From Psammoneis japonica (Eukaryota): a stretch of 64,000 bases of DNA. Position numbers and translations under genes: made by a program. The stretch covers positions 227,679-291,678 of the forward strand of contig QPGO01000099.1 in the NCBI GenBank assembly GCA_008632985.1, written 5' to 3'. Positions 1 through 12,133 of this stretch are shown here, piece by piece; position 1 is the stretch's first letter, and the number at the start of each line of letters is the position of its first letter. Below the pieces are notes generated by a model that had not been told where the DNA came from, searched no databases, and saw nothing but the letters and a program-made list of their open reading frames with translations.

Positions 1-403
1 GAGACCAAGTGAAAGAGAAGGCAAAATACTGCTCAGTTGGGCGTTTAAAAAAATGAAGATACGGGGTTACAAACCAACAAACAACTCGCACCTGATTTGG
101 TTTTTACCTTGTGTTGATGCTGTCGATTATCGGGACTGTGGCTAAAGAAGACGTAATTTCAAAGGAACACATGGATTCAGAAGAGGGTTACGAGTAACAT
201 GCCATAAGTTTGACGACAATTGAAGTGGTGTCAGTGGCGCAATCAGCTGCGAACCATCGACCGCCGCCATGCCGAATGCCGAAAGATTGAAAAAAAATGT
301 TGAGTGTCGGCATGAATTTTGTGTACCAGATTTGCACGTACCTTTCTACGCTGTACAAAAAAAAAATTCATTTCATACGTTGTTGCTTGGGTGTTCCGTC
401 GAG

Positions 404-629
404 GACGTCATCGTTGTTTAACAATTTAACGGCGTAACAAACCTCCCCTATTTTTTTTAACGGCGTAACAAACCTCCCCGATTTTTTTTAACGGTGTAAC
501 AACGGCTTTTAATCAATATTTTAATGCTGGATAAAGCATTATGACACCAAAGGAAAAGCCGTTGTTACACCGTTAAACCCAATAGGGCAGGTTTGTTACG
601 CCGTTAAATTGTGTAACAACGATGACGTC
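404..629. repeat. ~226-bp fold-back (long inverted repeat) with internal tandem sub-repeats; MITE-like or origin-like
   Basis: Left arm GACGTCATCGTTGTT-TAACAATTTAACGGCGTAACAAACCT.. is the reverse complement of the right arm ..AGGTTTGTTACGCCGTTAAATTGTGTAACAACGATGACGTC. The TTAACGG(C/T)GTAACAA unit occurs 3x on the left and 2x inverted on the right. A central mini-hairpin TAATGCT-GGATAA-AGCATTA lies at 522-541. Confidence 0.85.
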
Positions 630-1148
630 ACTTATTTAAGCACAACATGACGACGACTCCTCATCGCCGCCGCTTCCCAAACGCGCATCACTCGCACTTC
701 GCACTTGCTTTTTCCCACCCGAGAGCCGAAATGAGGGGCGAGAGGAGATGGATTGCTCCCATCTTGTCACTTTGCTACCATGGTGCATGAGCATTGCCAT
801 GGTCGTTGATGATAATTCGACTAGCAAACTAGCTGACTCCTATCGCTGCTCGACTTGCCGCCGACAACTTACCCCACACGGCAATGCAAGCTGATTTAGT
901 GCTAGACTATTTGCAAAAGAACGGTTGTTTTGCTGTGTGAACAAAGTCATTTTGAGTCGTTTCGTGCATCAACCATTTTTAATTACTTTCCTCGTTTGTC
1001 TTTTCATCTCTTTCAGGCGTTGGTTTACAGGGTCGACTGCAAAGAGTACCAGCAAACTAATTTGCCTTCTTGAACGTGATTTGCATTTGCCTCTTGGTGT
1101 GACATGGATCAAAATTTCAAAATTCAAATTTCGGTGATACTCCGACCA

Positions 1149-1220
1149 CTCACAACTCGATTTTGAAACACCCCGAAGTCATCTTGGGGTTTCAAAATTT
1201 TTGAAACAATCCAGTTGTGG
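1149..1220. repeat. Imperfect palindrome/hairpin upstream of the orphan ORF
   Basis: TTTTGAAAC(A)CCCC...GGGGTTTCAAAA at 1161-1197, flanked by CACAACTCGATT / AATCCAGTTGTG arms. Confidence 0.6.
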
Positions 1221-1483
1221 GCGTCGCGACATCACTCTCACAATCCAAAGACGAGACCGCGTTCGTACGAAAACCATCTAAAGAAGTGTCCATCAACCTC
1301 CTGTCGTTCCATCCGCTTTCAACGGTAAGCCCTTGGATATTACGATTGCCCATGGCGTTCTATTCACACCATTGAATAATTCTCACCTGCTTTGTTGTTG
1401 CTTCTGCCAATGGAATAATTTGATGCACTCACTTTCGGCGTCGTGATATCGCTCTCTGATGTCGCTCTCTAGATCCAAAGACG

Positions 1484-2524
1484 ATGCAGTCCCCGTACAA
1501 GACGCCAAATCGGAGGAGCTCTCCAGCCCCCGGCACCCGCTCCGTGAAACGCCGTCGTCTTAATGTGCTGGACCAGGTGATTCTGAGTCCTGTGGTTGGA
1601 CTGGTTGCTGATGGACCCCGCCCAGATATCAACTCTCTGGACAGTGATAATGAGAAGGTCTTTAGCGTTCTGAAGAAACCAGACATTGATTGCGACTTGT
1701 TGGGTGTTCACCGCAAAGATGTCATCACGCTCGACAAGTTCACGGATGACTACGAACCCTCTCTCAACGCCAGTATCGCGCAAAACCTGAAAAGGTACGA
1801 GTCGGCCATGAAGGCAGAAGGCGTGGCCCGCGGCTACAACAATGCCTGCAAGAACAATGTCTCGTGCATCCGCCGTGAATGGCAAGAATTTGAGGCAGAG
1901 GCTGAGGCCAAACACCGAGATTTCGAAGCCAAACACGAGGCTGCCATGTTGGAGCAGACCGGGTGGCAAGCGTACGAAACTAAATCGTGCATTGTGGCAG
2001 CTGCCGCAACTCAGAAGCGAGCCGAGATTGAGACATACAAGGAGAATCTACGTGCGATGGCAACCTTAGACCCAGAATCGAAACAGTGTGCCTTCATGTC
2101 CAACGAGGAGCTCCAAGCCCATACGGGCGTCTCAAGTGTTGCCGAGATCGAGAAGATGCCTTTTCGCACCGTCAATGGTGATATGATTGAGTTGAAGAAC
2201 TATGGTATTGAAGCTAGTGAAGCGTGTAGCGACTTCCAGTTTACCGTTGGACAGTACCAAGGAATGAAAATCCGATATGCCATATCCTTGGGATTCCCTC
2301 TAGCTGAGGTTCTAGATACATTCGGCTTGAAGGATACGTTGGCGGCGGCGTCGGGGCTTTTCGGCCAAGACAAGGCGAAGGAGCTTCTCGAGGAAGCGTC
2401 CCATGACATGCTTGTAGACACCTCTCGTCCTCCGAGTTCCGATACTGCTGAAATCCAGCGCATGGAACGTCAGATTCAAGCCATTCAGGCGAAAATGGAT
2501 GCCCTGAAAGGCAAAGCCAAGTAA
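1484..2524 (+). CDS. Hypothetical 346-aa protein with basic NLS-like N-terminus and coiled-coil segments
   Basis: Long ORF with coding-like composition, KRRR near the N-terminus and heptad-like stretches (EFEAEAEAKH.., IQRMERQIQAIQAKMDALK). Probable 5'UTR intron GTAAG(1325)..TAG(1472). No family recognised. Confidence 0.7.
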   Translation: MQSPYKTPNRRSSPAPGTRSVKRRRLNVLDQVILSPVVGLVADGPRPDINSLDSDNEKVFSVLKKPDIDCDLLGVHRKDVITLDKFTDDYEPSLNASIAQNLKRYESAMKAEGVARGYNNACKNNVSCIRREWQEFEAEAEAKHRDFEAKHEAAMLEQTGWQAYETKSCIVAAAATQKRAEIETYKENLRAMATLDPESKQCAFMSNEELQAHTGVSSVAEIEKMPFRTVNGDMIELKNYGIEASEACSDFQFTVGQYQGMKIRYAISLGFPLAEVLDTFGLKDTLAAASGLFGQDKAKELLEEASHDMLVDTSRPPSSDTAEIQRMERQIQAIQAKMDALKGKAK

Positions 2525-3285
2525 TTGGGAGTTTGGGCTGTTTAGCAGGTCGCCGCAACCCTCAATTTCATGCTGTTTCACGCATGCCTTAGTTCTAAAT
2601 AATACATTCTCTAGTAGTGATGTGTTCCGTGTCGTCTTGTACATGTTGCAATTTACTTTTATTGATACGAACGGTAGCATTGCATCTCGAGTAATTGTAC
2701 TTCCACCCGAGGCAAGGTCAAGTAGGCGATCCACTCGCATAAAGGAGTTGATAACCAACGAATTGCGACCACGAATCCAACAACGGCACAGCACTCTCGC
2801 AAACCAAGAAATGTCGAAGGGTCGTCGTTCCTGCACTGCTCAGCATGCGTTTCGTAACCATTAAATAAACCTCTATCACACAGGTATGCTTTGCTGTTGA
2901 TGATGGCGTTGCTCTCGACAATTTCAATGGTGGCGATGTAGACTCTAGAGTCCATCAAATGCACTTTGTGTTCCAAAATCATACCCTTGTAATCTGCTTA
3001 ACTTGGATCCAAGTGCGGGGCGACATTGGAACCGACGTCATATTCGTCATTGAGAGGCTGCAAGTCAATACTAAAAAAGAGAGAAAACACAAATAATAAT
3101 TCCACAGCAAGATCATCCTCATTGTCTCGTTTTCTTTTTTGTCACCGAGGCTCCAAACGTCTTACACATGGCTGGCAACTAGATTCGCACTTAGCAATAC
3201 AGGTACAATTGACTTCATTTATATCAAGCATGTTTCTGGCTTTGACCAAAGCAACCTGTAGTGTTTCTTCTTGCCACATAGAGTA

Positions 3286-4539
3286 TCAACGCCTTGTAGC
3301 TACAAGCGCGCCATTGGAATCCACCACTGTAAATTGGTCCAACCACGTGTTTACAACTTCATACGTCAAAAACATAATAGCCGAATTGGGCACCACCTTC
3401 ATGAGATGTACGCCCATCCCGCCATACAAGCCAGCCCGTCCTTCTTCTTTTGCAATCAGCCCAATGGTTTGCCACATGCCATGATATTTGAAAATGCCGT
3501 CTCGGGCTTGTTCTCGGAGTCGCGTTCGTGCCACCTCGTGTGGATATGTCGCAATGGACGCCACACACTTGGCGGCCGCGGCACTCCCAAAGTACATCCA
3601 CTCTGGTAGTTTGTCCGTCGGTGGCAATCCCTTTTTCGCACGAACATTGTTTGTCCGTTCCAACATGCGTGTTTTGAATTGTTCATAAAGAATAAATTGA
3701 ATTGATCCCTCAATACATCCCCAATAACTCGCAAAGATGCCCTTGTAAAATCCGGCAATACCCTCTTCACGAAAAATGGTTCCAATCGCATCCCGATACC
3801 CGCATAGGCCTTTTGTCCCGCCGCCGAGTCGGCCAAGAGTTGCATTCGCGTCCGTACCAACCAAATGGGATTGGTGAGTGTGTTTCCCGCAATGCCGCCG
3901 ACAATCCCGCCACGAGCGCATTGCCCGGAGAGCCTTCGGGCAGGACGTGCCCAGCGCTCGTTTGCATCGTTGATAGCAATAAAAGTAGGCCGATCGGGAA
4001 GGAATGATTCCAATCAATGTCGGTGGGAGTCCCCGAAAGAAACCCGCAACTCCATCTTGTTTGAGAATACGTTGCGCAATGGTAATGGGATGACCACGTG
4101 CGGCTGCCAATTCACCCTGAGATGTTAGCGACGATTGCAATTGTGTTTTGACAACTTCGAGGGGATTGGTAATTGTTGCAGCAACCGTACCAGCGACACC
4201 ACCGGATAATAAACTGTTGTTGTTGTATTGAAAGACTATGTAAGTGTTTTTGACTGTAACAACATATTCATATATCAAAGATACTGCTACTTACTCGAAA
4301 GCCTTCATTTGTGCGGCAGACATGGTCTTGGTTGCAACAGACGCTCCTCCTCGAGGTCTGTTTTTTGATAGCGTTGCCCTTTTCGGTTTTGAGGGAGTAC
4401 ATTGATTGCTGGATTTATTTTGTGGTTGATTCTTTGATAGACCGACTGCTAGCCGTGGAAATGGCACAGCACCACTTGTTGAAAATACACGTAGCAGTCC
4501 GCAGAACAAAAACAACAGGAATCTTTGTGAATTTGACAT
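3286..4539 (-). CDS. Mitochondrial carrier family (SLC25) protein, Rim2/SLC25A33/36-like, with hydrophobic N-terminal extension
   Basis: Three carrier signatures: PLEVVKTQLQ, PIWLVRTRMQ, PHEVARTRLR. Intron 4214-4294 (GTAAG..CAG) joins KAFD-LLSGGVAG. Several 1-bp frameshifts at ~3800-3960 split repeat 2 across three frames. Confidence 0.9.
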
Positions 4540-5087
4540 TTTTTTCTTCTACCTCTCTCGATTAAAAAATTCTTAAGCGACTGTAATTTTTGGTTGATCG
4601 ACTATCAATAGCACACAACGAAACAGATTGCAGGGTTTTGTGATGCAGAGAATGCAATCAACACATCAGCCATCAAGTTGAATGGATGTCAAGGCGGTGA
4701 AACGAAAATTGATGTGAGTGCTGAAGAAATGATGGGTGATGGGCGCGATGACGTATGTCAGGCAGACAGACGGCGTCCGACCGTTAAATTTGATGTCATC
4801 TCTCCTTAACAAGCCCAATGTCCGATGACCGATTTCTACGAAAGAGACTGGTATTGTTTCTACGTAAGTTCAACCGGAATCCTTGCCGGCATTTTTCTTG
4901 GACAGCGCATCATTCTGCACACCCCTGGACGATCGCAGCGGCGTTTGCGAGGGCATTGTCGCTGTACTGTTATTGTAAGGATGCCAGTTCACAAGTCAAG
5001 GTGAAGTGTAACTCCCTAGGGTCCGAGAATCCACTTGCAAGTATAATCAACGTCTGTTTTTTCACTGAGAAAATCGGGGCGGCAAAC

Positions 5088-8023
5088 ATGGCCTCTGAAC
5101 AACAGGACGACGGAAATCTTCCGGTTTCAGCCAAGAGTGACGACGTTTTATCCGAAGATGAGCTTGGAATTGAACATGACAACATTAAAGACGATAAATC
5201 GAGACATCGGGAGAGTAAGCGAACGAAAAAACAAAAATCAAAACGCAAGAAGTCTTCGAGAACCAAGAAGGAGAAGTCAAGCACGTCGCCAAATCATGCT
5301 AGAAGTACTAAACGAGACGACACAGAAAAAGAAGCTGACAAACGTAGCAACGGTACTACTGCCGCTGCTGCTGATATTCCTCTTTCTCCAGCAGATGACA
5401 GTGATTGGGTCCCGGGAGAAGAGTGGAAAATCATGAGTGATCCTGATGATGACGAGGAAGCAGACAAACGGGGGACCCGATCCTCCTCGTCGTCTCCAGA
5501 AAAGCGATCGGCAAAGAGTGCGTCTCTACCAAAACAAAAAAAATCAAAGCAAAAGTCAAAATTACCTCGTGCTTCTGAAAAGCCCCCACGACACAACAGC
5601 AGCAGTGGCTCTAGACGAGCCAGTCAGTCCGAAGAGGCTGCCATTCGAGCCATCATGGCAGAAAAGCACCCATGGCGAAAACAACGCCGACGTCCTTCGA
5701 CGGGTGAAGATCCATTAAACTCGCCCCTTTCCAGTTTGGAGTCGGATCAGAATTATCGTCCCAAATTTAGCTCCTTACAGATATCGACATCGTCACAAGA
5801 AGACGAACAACACGACGACCAAGGCGGAGAGGAGGCCGATGCATCCTCGGTTGGAACGTCGTCGGGCTCTTCTTCCTCATCATCATTCGACGTTTCAGAA
5901 GACTTTGACGATGATTTGGATAGTGTATTGGATGAGCCAGGAGACGATTATGCGCCGGAAGAAGCCTTTCAAACCCGACTCGCTGCCTTCCCGTTGAGCT
6001 TTGTTCATCCCAACTCCATGTCCAGTCCGTACTTGGACCCGACCCTGGTCGACGAACTGACACGGACCGACGCAAACCGTTTTGCTCTAGAACACCGAAT
6101 CTTGTTAAGGTCCATTTTGCAATTGCTCACGGAACGCGACCATGTCGGAATTGAGGCGGATGTGAATGATCCAGACAACACCGTCAAGAAGGGTCCACTC
6201 CTCAAGTTTTCTCACGGCGGCGTCACGGGACGGCCCAATTGGAAAATAAAGTACGTTGAACTACGGCGCGGAAGCTTTTCCTATTTTGAAGACAATACGA
6301 GAAACTTGGAAACGCCGGGACGAAAGATTATACCGTTACGCTCCAACATGTGTACGTGTTCCGCCGTCAATGAATGCAATGTCAAGGGGGCGTATGGATA
6401 TGTGTTTGAGCTGGAGGTACAAGACGGACCAAAGCGACTTTGGATGGTGAATTCCGAAGAGGAACGGCAAGGCTGGATCCAAGCGATTCGCGGTGCCTTT
6501 ATTGGAGGTGAAATTGACACTTCTCCTCAACTCATGGATATGACTCCTCATCAAGGCGCAATAGACAAATATATGATGGTCGAGAACGAATTGGGTTCTG
6601 CAGAAACACACGGGTCCTATCATCATTACTTGTCTGCTCTTTTTGAAAATCGCTACGGATACCAGTGCCGTGGGTTCGAAACATTTAGAATTAGAAGACG
6701 AGGATGGGAGTCATCCACATCATCGTCACCACCACCGAGCTTCCAGTAGCGCGTTGCTTTCAACGCCAATGGCATCACTTGTCAAATCACGCGTCACGGT
6801 CCTTTGGAAACGGCTGGGACAAGAATCTGTATCCATTAATGGGCACTTGCTCAAAGACAATAGTTCGCACGGAACAGAACGAATTATTGGTGCGCTGACT
6901 CGATGCATTCTTGAGTATGATCGAATGTCTTCGGCCAAGGGAACAATGTCAGAGTTGCAGGCTATTGTTCATGCACGAAATGTCTTTATGATTTACTACA
7001 AAAGTAGATCTAGAGACGAGGCATATTATGCTGTGGACAGCCTCTGTCGGAATAGAAGGCTTGTGGCTTGTTTGCCCAACGTTTCGGAGCATACAAACCC
7101 TCCATTGCACATCCAAGTGTACAGTGCAGTAGAAGAAGCAACGTTGGGTGAGGAAGAAAAACATGGCTGGGTCACAACGAGAAGTAGAGCGCCAATGAGG
7201 TGGAAGAATCGCTACTGTATTGTTTCAGAGGGCGTTCTCTACTACTATGAAGATTGTTCCCCGACACCGAGAGGACTTCGCGGACAAGTTGTTTTGGTAG
7301 GCGCAACCATGGACCAGATTTCCATCGAACAAGATAACAATCTTTTTGTTTTGAAAATTGTATCCAGTGACGCTGCGACAGAACGTCAGCTATGCTTCCG
7401 CAACGAACGAGACATGACTATGTGGAAGGAAGCGATCGACCGGCAAATTACTGCATGTATGCAGAATGGGTCGTTGAGGACCATTGCGTCCCCCAAAACG
7501 CCACGGCAACGAAAGAAAGGACCAAAAGTGAAGAGCCGCATCATCAAGGGTGCGTCAGAAATGATTCTCTCCAAGATCCCTCAGAAGCTCCCCTCATTTG
7601 ACGAGAATCCCGATCCTGCGGAAGTTGGAAACGCTGCGTCGACGAACGGCAGAAGCGAAGGCGCTGTTGCAAAATGTGAACCTACAGTGCAGGTTGTAGT
7701 TGAGTCGTCCCGTTACTACAAGATTGTATCGTCTGCTTCACCCACAACTAAAACGAATGACAGCATTTTGGCGTAAGTGTGTCTTGTAGCTCATACACTC
7801 TGTCGGATCTAATCGCTCTAATCCGGTGCGCTATTTGTCATTTTATGTTCATCTTCGGCACCACAGAATGGTTCGAGCGAATTACATGCATACCTTTGTA
7901 CTATCGGGTGGACCACAGGGCCAACTTTCGAAGGGTGATGAGCTCGTGGAGATGGAATTTCTTGATGGGGGCGTGGACGAGGAGACATTTGACGTGAGGT
8001 TTCCACGCGCAGTCGGCGCTTGA
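5088..8023 (+). CDS. Protein with two PH domains and a long disordered K/S/D-rich N-terminus
   Basis: PH1: KKGPLLK..NWKIKYVELRRGSFSYFE..SEEERQGWIQAI. PH2: KHGWVTT..RWKNRYCIVSEGVLYYY..RDMTMWKEAI. Frameshift at ~6645. Intron 7773-7866 leads to a terminal exon ending at 8023. Confidence 0.8.
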
Positions 8024-8211
8024 AGCCCTTATCGCTCGTATTGTACAGCTTCTCTTCTTCGAAAACATTGTAGAGTGCTGATGACATCTGTCAGCTGCAA
8101 GAATGAGAACTGAGAATGTAGATTCGGTGTTGTTTCCTAGTAGAGCGTTGTTTTTGTAGGCGATTCCTTCTTGCTATATACACGTCAGGAATAAACTCCC
8201 TGCTGTGAACA

Positions 8212-8399
8212 TCCACATGTGGACTAAAAAGCGATGAGGGCTGGAGTGGCAGAGACTGTCAGCGTGCCAGACGAGCTCGACATGTTCCGTCTCACCCACC
8301 GTGCCCTTCTTTCATGAAGTCCCTTCTGTTTGAACAACCACATGTGGACTAAGAAGCAATGATAGGGCTGGAGTGGCAGAGACTGTCGGCGTGCCAGAC
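8212..8399 (+). repeat. ~60-bp direct repeat pair in a small TA-poor patch
   Basis: CCACATGTGGACTAA(A/G)AAGC(G/A)ATGA..GGGCTGGAGTGGCAGAGACTGTC(A/G)GCGTGCCAGAC at ~8213 and ~8338. Confidence 0.8.
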
Positions 8400-8633
8400 T
8401 TGCAGAGAAATCATGCATTTAAGAGGAATTGTGCCTCCAAAGACTGCCTTCCCCCAGCAGAGATCCAGAGAGAGTGAAACCTGCTTGCAAATTGTGTTTC
8501 GACCAACTACGCCCGGTAGTCTATTTGATCGTCTCGCATCTCGCATTGCGTCCCCATCATTTTTCGGATTTAGTGTAGTGCAGCAACGAGTCAATGGGGT
8601 CCAAATAGTGTGTTGAGCTGATTGCTAGAGAGA

Positions 8634-11600
8634 CTACTTTAAAAATGAAAATACATGTGCCGTTCCCGATTCATGATTCGGTGCACCAACCACGACTACT
8701 GTTCCGTTTTCTGACAAGGAAACAGAGCTCCCAAAATAGGTGTACGAAGTGTCACCAGTCAATGCTCCTTCCTCAATCCATTTCATAGTGTTTGTGTCGT
8801 ACTGAAAGATTATAACTTGTCCAGCTCTCAATAGTCCATCGTCACTGTCGTGCCGACGACCTCCTATCGCCAAAACGTTTCCATTCCCGCTCAAAGATAA
8901 CGAAATATCGAGATCTTCATCTGATTGCGGTGGTGATAAGGTTTGTCCAAGTTGCGACCAAGCTGACGTTACACGGTCATAGGCATACACTCTAACGTTA
9001 TCTTTTGAGTTTTGTGTAGGTGAGGTAGCTCCCACAGCCAAAACCAAGCCACTTTTATCAAGCGAAACGACTCTGCCAAAATTTTCGAATGGCTCTCCAT
9101 TGATAGGGCCACCTTTTGGTCCCAGGTTGATGTTTCGGGATTGTAATCATACACTGTAACCTGACCAGCAAGGAAATTCATGCGATACGCTCCAACAGCA
9201 ACAGTTTCGCCTGAGCTGCTCAAGGAAACTGATGTGCCAAAACTCGATCTTGATTCACCAATCAGCCTCGGCCCAAGTGGGTTCCAAGTAGACATGTCAT
9301 GGTCGTATTGAAACAAACGAACCGATACAGCACCACTCGCTCCAACGGCTAGAATATCTCCATTAGCCGATAAAGATAGGGATACGCCGAAAAAATGCCT
9401 ATCCCCTTCTCCAACAATGTCACTACCAAGTTGAACCCAAACATCCGTTGCCTTCTTATATTCATACACTCGAACGCTTCCTGCATAGGAGCCGCCAATA
9501 GCGTTCCACTTTACTCCAGCAGCCAGGATGGTGCCATCGCCATTTAATGAGACATGGTCGCCAAAATTTTCTCCAATGGTTTGTCCGAGTAATCGTTGAC
9601 CCATCGGTGTCCACGACTGCGTTGATTCGTTCAGTCTAAAAATAGATATATACCCTGGTTTAGTTGGTTCACCTGTGCCAAGTACGTATTGCGTTGCTCC
9701 TACCGCAATATCATTCCATCTCTTGAAATAGAAACAGATCCTCCAAAGCTATCACCTACATCATTACCAGTAACTTCTTCGCCGAGTTTTAGCCATTTTG
9801 AAGTAACTGTTCCAGGTCCAGTAGAAGGATACAGGGTGAATACAAATGCAGATCCCGCACGCGGTATTCCATTGGGCGCTCTTTCATTTGCACCGATCGC
9901 AACCGCACTTCCGTCTTGTGACAATGACACGGAATATCCGAGATGTTCCGGCTGGCGGTTGGCGTTTTCTCCTTTCAGAAGTTCGCCTACTTGAGCCCAT
10001 TCCTTTGTATTTTCATTGTATTGAAATATTCCAACCTCACCTTGACCCGAATTGGCAGAATTGCTTCCTAGAGCAACGACCCTTCCATTCCCACTTAAAG
10101 ACACAGATATATCCCCATTGCGTTGCTCTTGAATACGACGAATTATTTGACCTTGTGGATTCCACATCGAAGTATTACTGTCGTAGGCAAAAACTAGAAC
10201 ATGCTCGGAGAGATTCCAGACTTCACCCACGGCCAGAACGAAACCACTGTCATCAAGACAGACATGCCCAAACTGACCATCAGCAACTACACTAATGATT
10301 GGTAAACCCATTGGCGACCAGTCTGCTGCCGTTGAGTTGTACTGGTACATTGAACTTCTGTAGGAGAAGCTCGAATGGCCATCACTCTTCCTGAGCTACT
10401 CAAGGATACGGAACTACCAAATGAGTCCCTCGTCATCGTGCCACTTAGTTTTTGCCCATGCTTTACCCACGAAGAGGTACGTTGGCTGTATCGAAATGTA
10501 TGAACAGTTCCAACGTCTCTCCCTCCATTCAAGGTGTCGTCGCCACTTGCTCCAATCGCAATAAAGTCTCCATTATCCGAGAGAGAAATGGATGCTCCGA
10601 ACCAATCTCCGTTCAAATAACCATCCAAATCGTTGCCATATTTGACCCAAAAGTCACTGGCGGTATTGTATTTGTAGACGCGGACATGTCCACGGTGACT
10701 CCCAGTATGTCCCGCGCCAACTGCTAGTATCGTACCGTCGCCGTTTAATGACACAGCCGAACCAAAGCTGAAGAAGCCGTCTTGCCTTTCATGCAATTCT
10801 TGACCCAGTCGGCTCCATGATTGGGTTGACTCGTCAAATCTAAGCACCAACACATATCCAGTGCCCCCATTTATCTGGTTTGCTCCAACCGCCATGACAC
10901 TTGCGTTGCGTGATAGGAGATTGACGTGCCCAACCAATCGAGCCTTTGTTCGCCATTAAGTGTTTGACCAAGCTGAATCCATGGACCATCTGGTAATAGA
11001 GGAATTGGAGTTGGAGCAGAAGTACCCTCCGGAATATTGTTGGAGCCCGTCGTATCCGAGCTGCTGTTGCTACTTGTCGTTATGGCGACTGTGACTCCCA
11101 CAGCAATGGCAATCGCTACCAGCACTCCGACAGCAACACAAATATGGATCTTCCTCTTACTCATACTACTTTCCTTGTCTATCTCAGCCTGAACAGTAGG
11201 AATTTCAGTGGGTGATGACTGAAGGCGTTCGTTTTCAGCCCGGAGATACTTGATTTCTTCCTCCATGTCCAGTGGCTGTGCAAGCTGAGCTTGCGGAAGC
11301 GCTCGAGGATGTGGTGAATTGGTGGGAACGACTTGTTCTTGAACAGAGACACGTGATTCTTCTTCGTCGCCTCCTTGGGTTAGTGTCGTGCCAAATGCTG
11401 AAAACGATCCGTTTGACACGTCTCTTACTTCGGGCTGAACATGAATATCGCCCATCGCTCTCGCTACAGTTTTTCTTTTGATGACTGTTTCACAAGTCGA
11501 TGCATCTTCTTCCTTCGCTTCGACGAATTCTTGATTCCTTCTTTGCCCTTGCCTCTTGAATGCAGCCTTCTCACAGGTGTTTTTGTTGGGAAACTTTTGT

Positions 11601-11710
11601 GATGCCGCCTCGGCTCCCTGGGAACTACGCCGTTCGTCATGATGTTCTTCTTGGATTCTGCTAGCAAAATATGCAGGCTTCTTCACTGACTGCTTTGCGA
11701 TGCTATACAT
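8634..11710 (-). CDS. Type II membrane protein with many FG-GAP-like beta-propeller repeats (frameshifted in this assembly)
   Basis: Start MYSIAKQS, TM helix IHICVAVGVLVAIAIAVGVTVAI, then repeated FGSxVSLSxxGxxLAVGA...W.QLGQ motifs over five consecutive ORFs (10871-11734, 10287-10937, 9700-10350, 8969-9604, 8634-9047). Confidence 0.85.
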
Positions 11711-12133
11711 GATGGTTTGGAAAACGGTGCTCACTGCTGCGAATTCATAACATGTAAAGAGAATTATGATATACTGTATGATGAATGAGGAACGAGGATG
11801 CGGTATGCGCCAGCTGGCTGCGGAAGCAGGAAGCAGGAAGCATGAAGTGAACGTGATCGCGGATAGAAATGCCGATGACGACTGCAGAAGATTGTAGAAG
11901 ATCTTTTGAATTCTGACACGGAGAGAGAATCTCTGCTTTCATGATGTGGTTCATAAAGATGACGTCAACATACGGTTGCCCACTGCAGTTTTACGAGGGC
12001 TACCGTTACGATACCGGTAGGATGGTTTGGACGGGAGTTTCAGATTTCAGATCGAAATCTACAATCTACCCGCACAACACTCTGTCAAATCAATCTTCGA
12101 AACCTTACTGCTATATTTTCCCTCCAAGCAACT

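Noticed and set aside
421..505. Three ~31-bp repeats as a possible CRISPR array
   Set aside because: No unique spacers, the units are mirrored in an inverted arm, no cas genes, and the context is eukaryotic.
2560..3280. Short ORFs between the orphan gene and the SLC25 carrier
   Set aside because: No motif or splice support; treated as UTR or intergenic.
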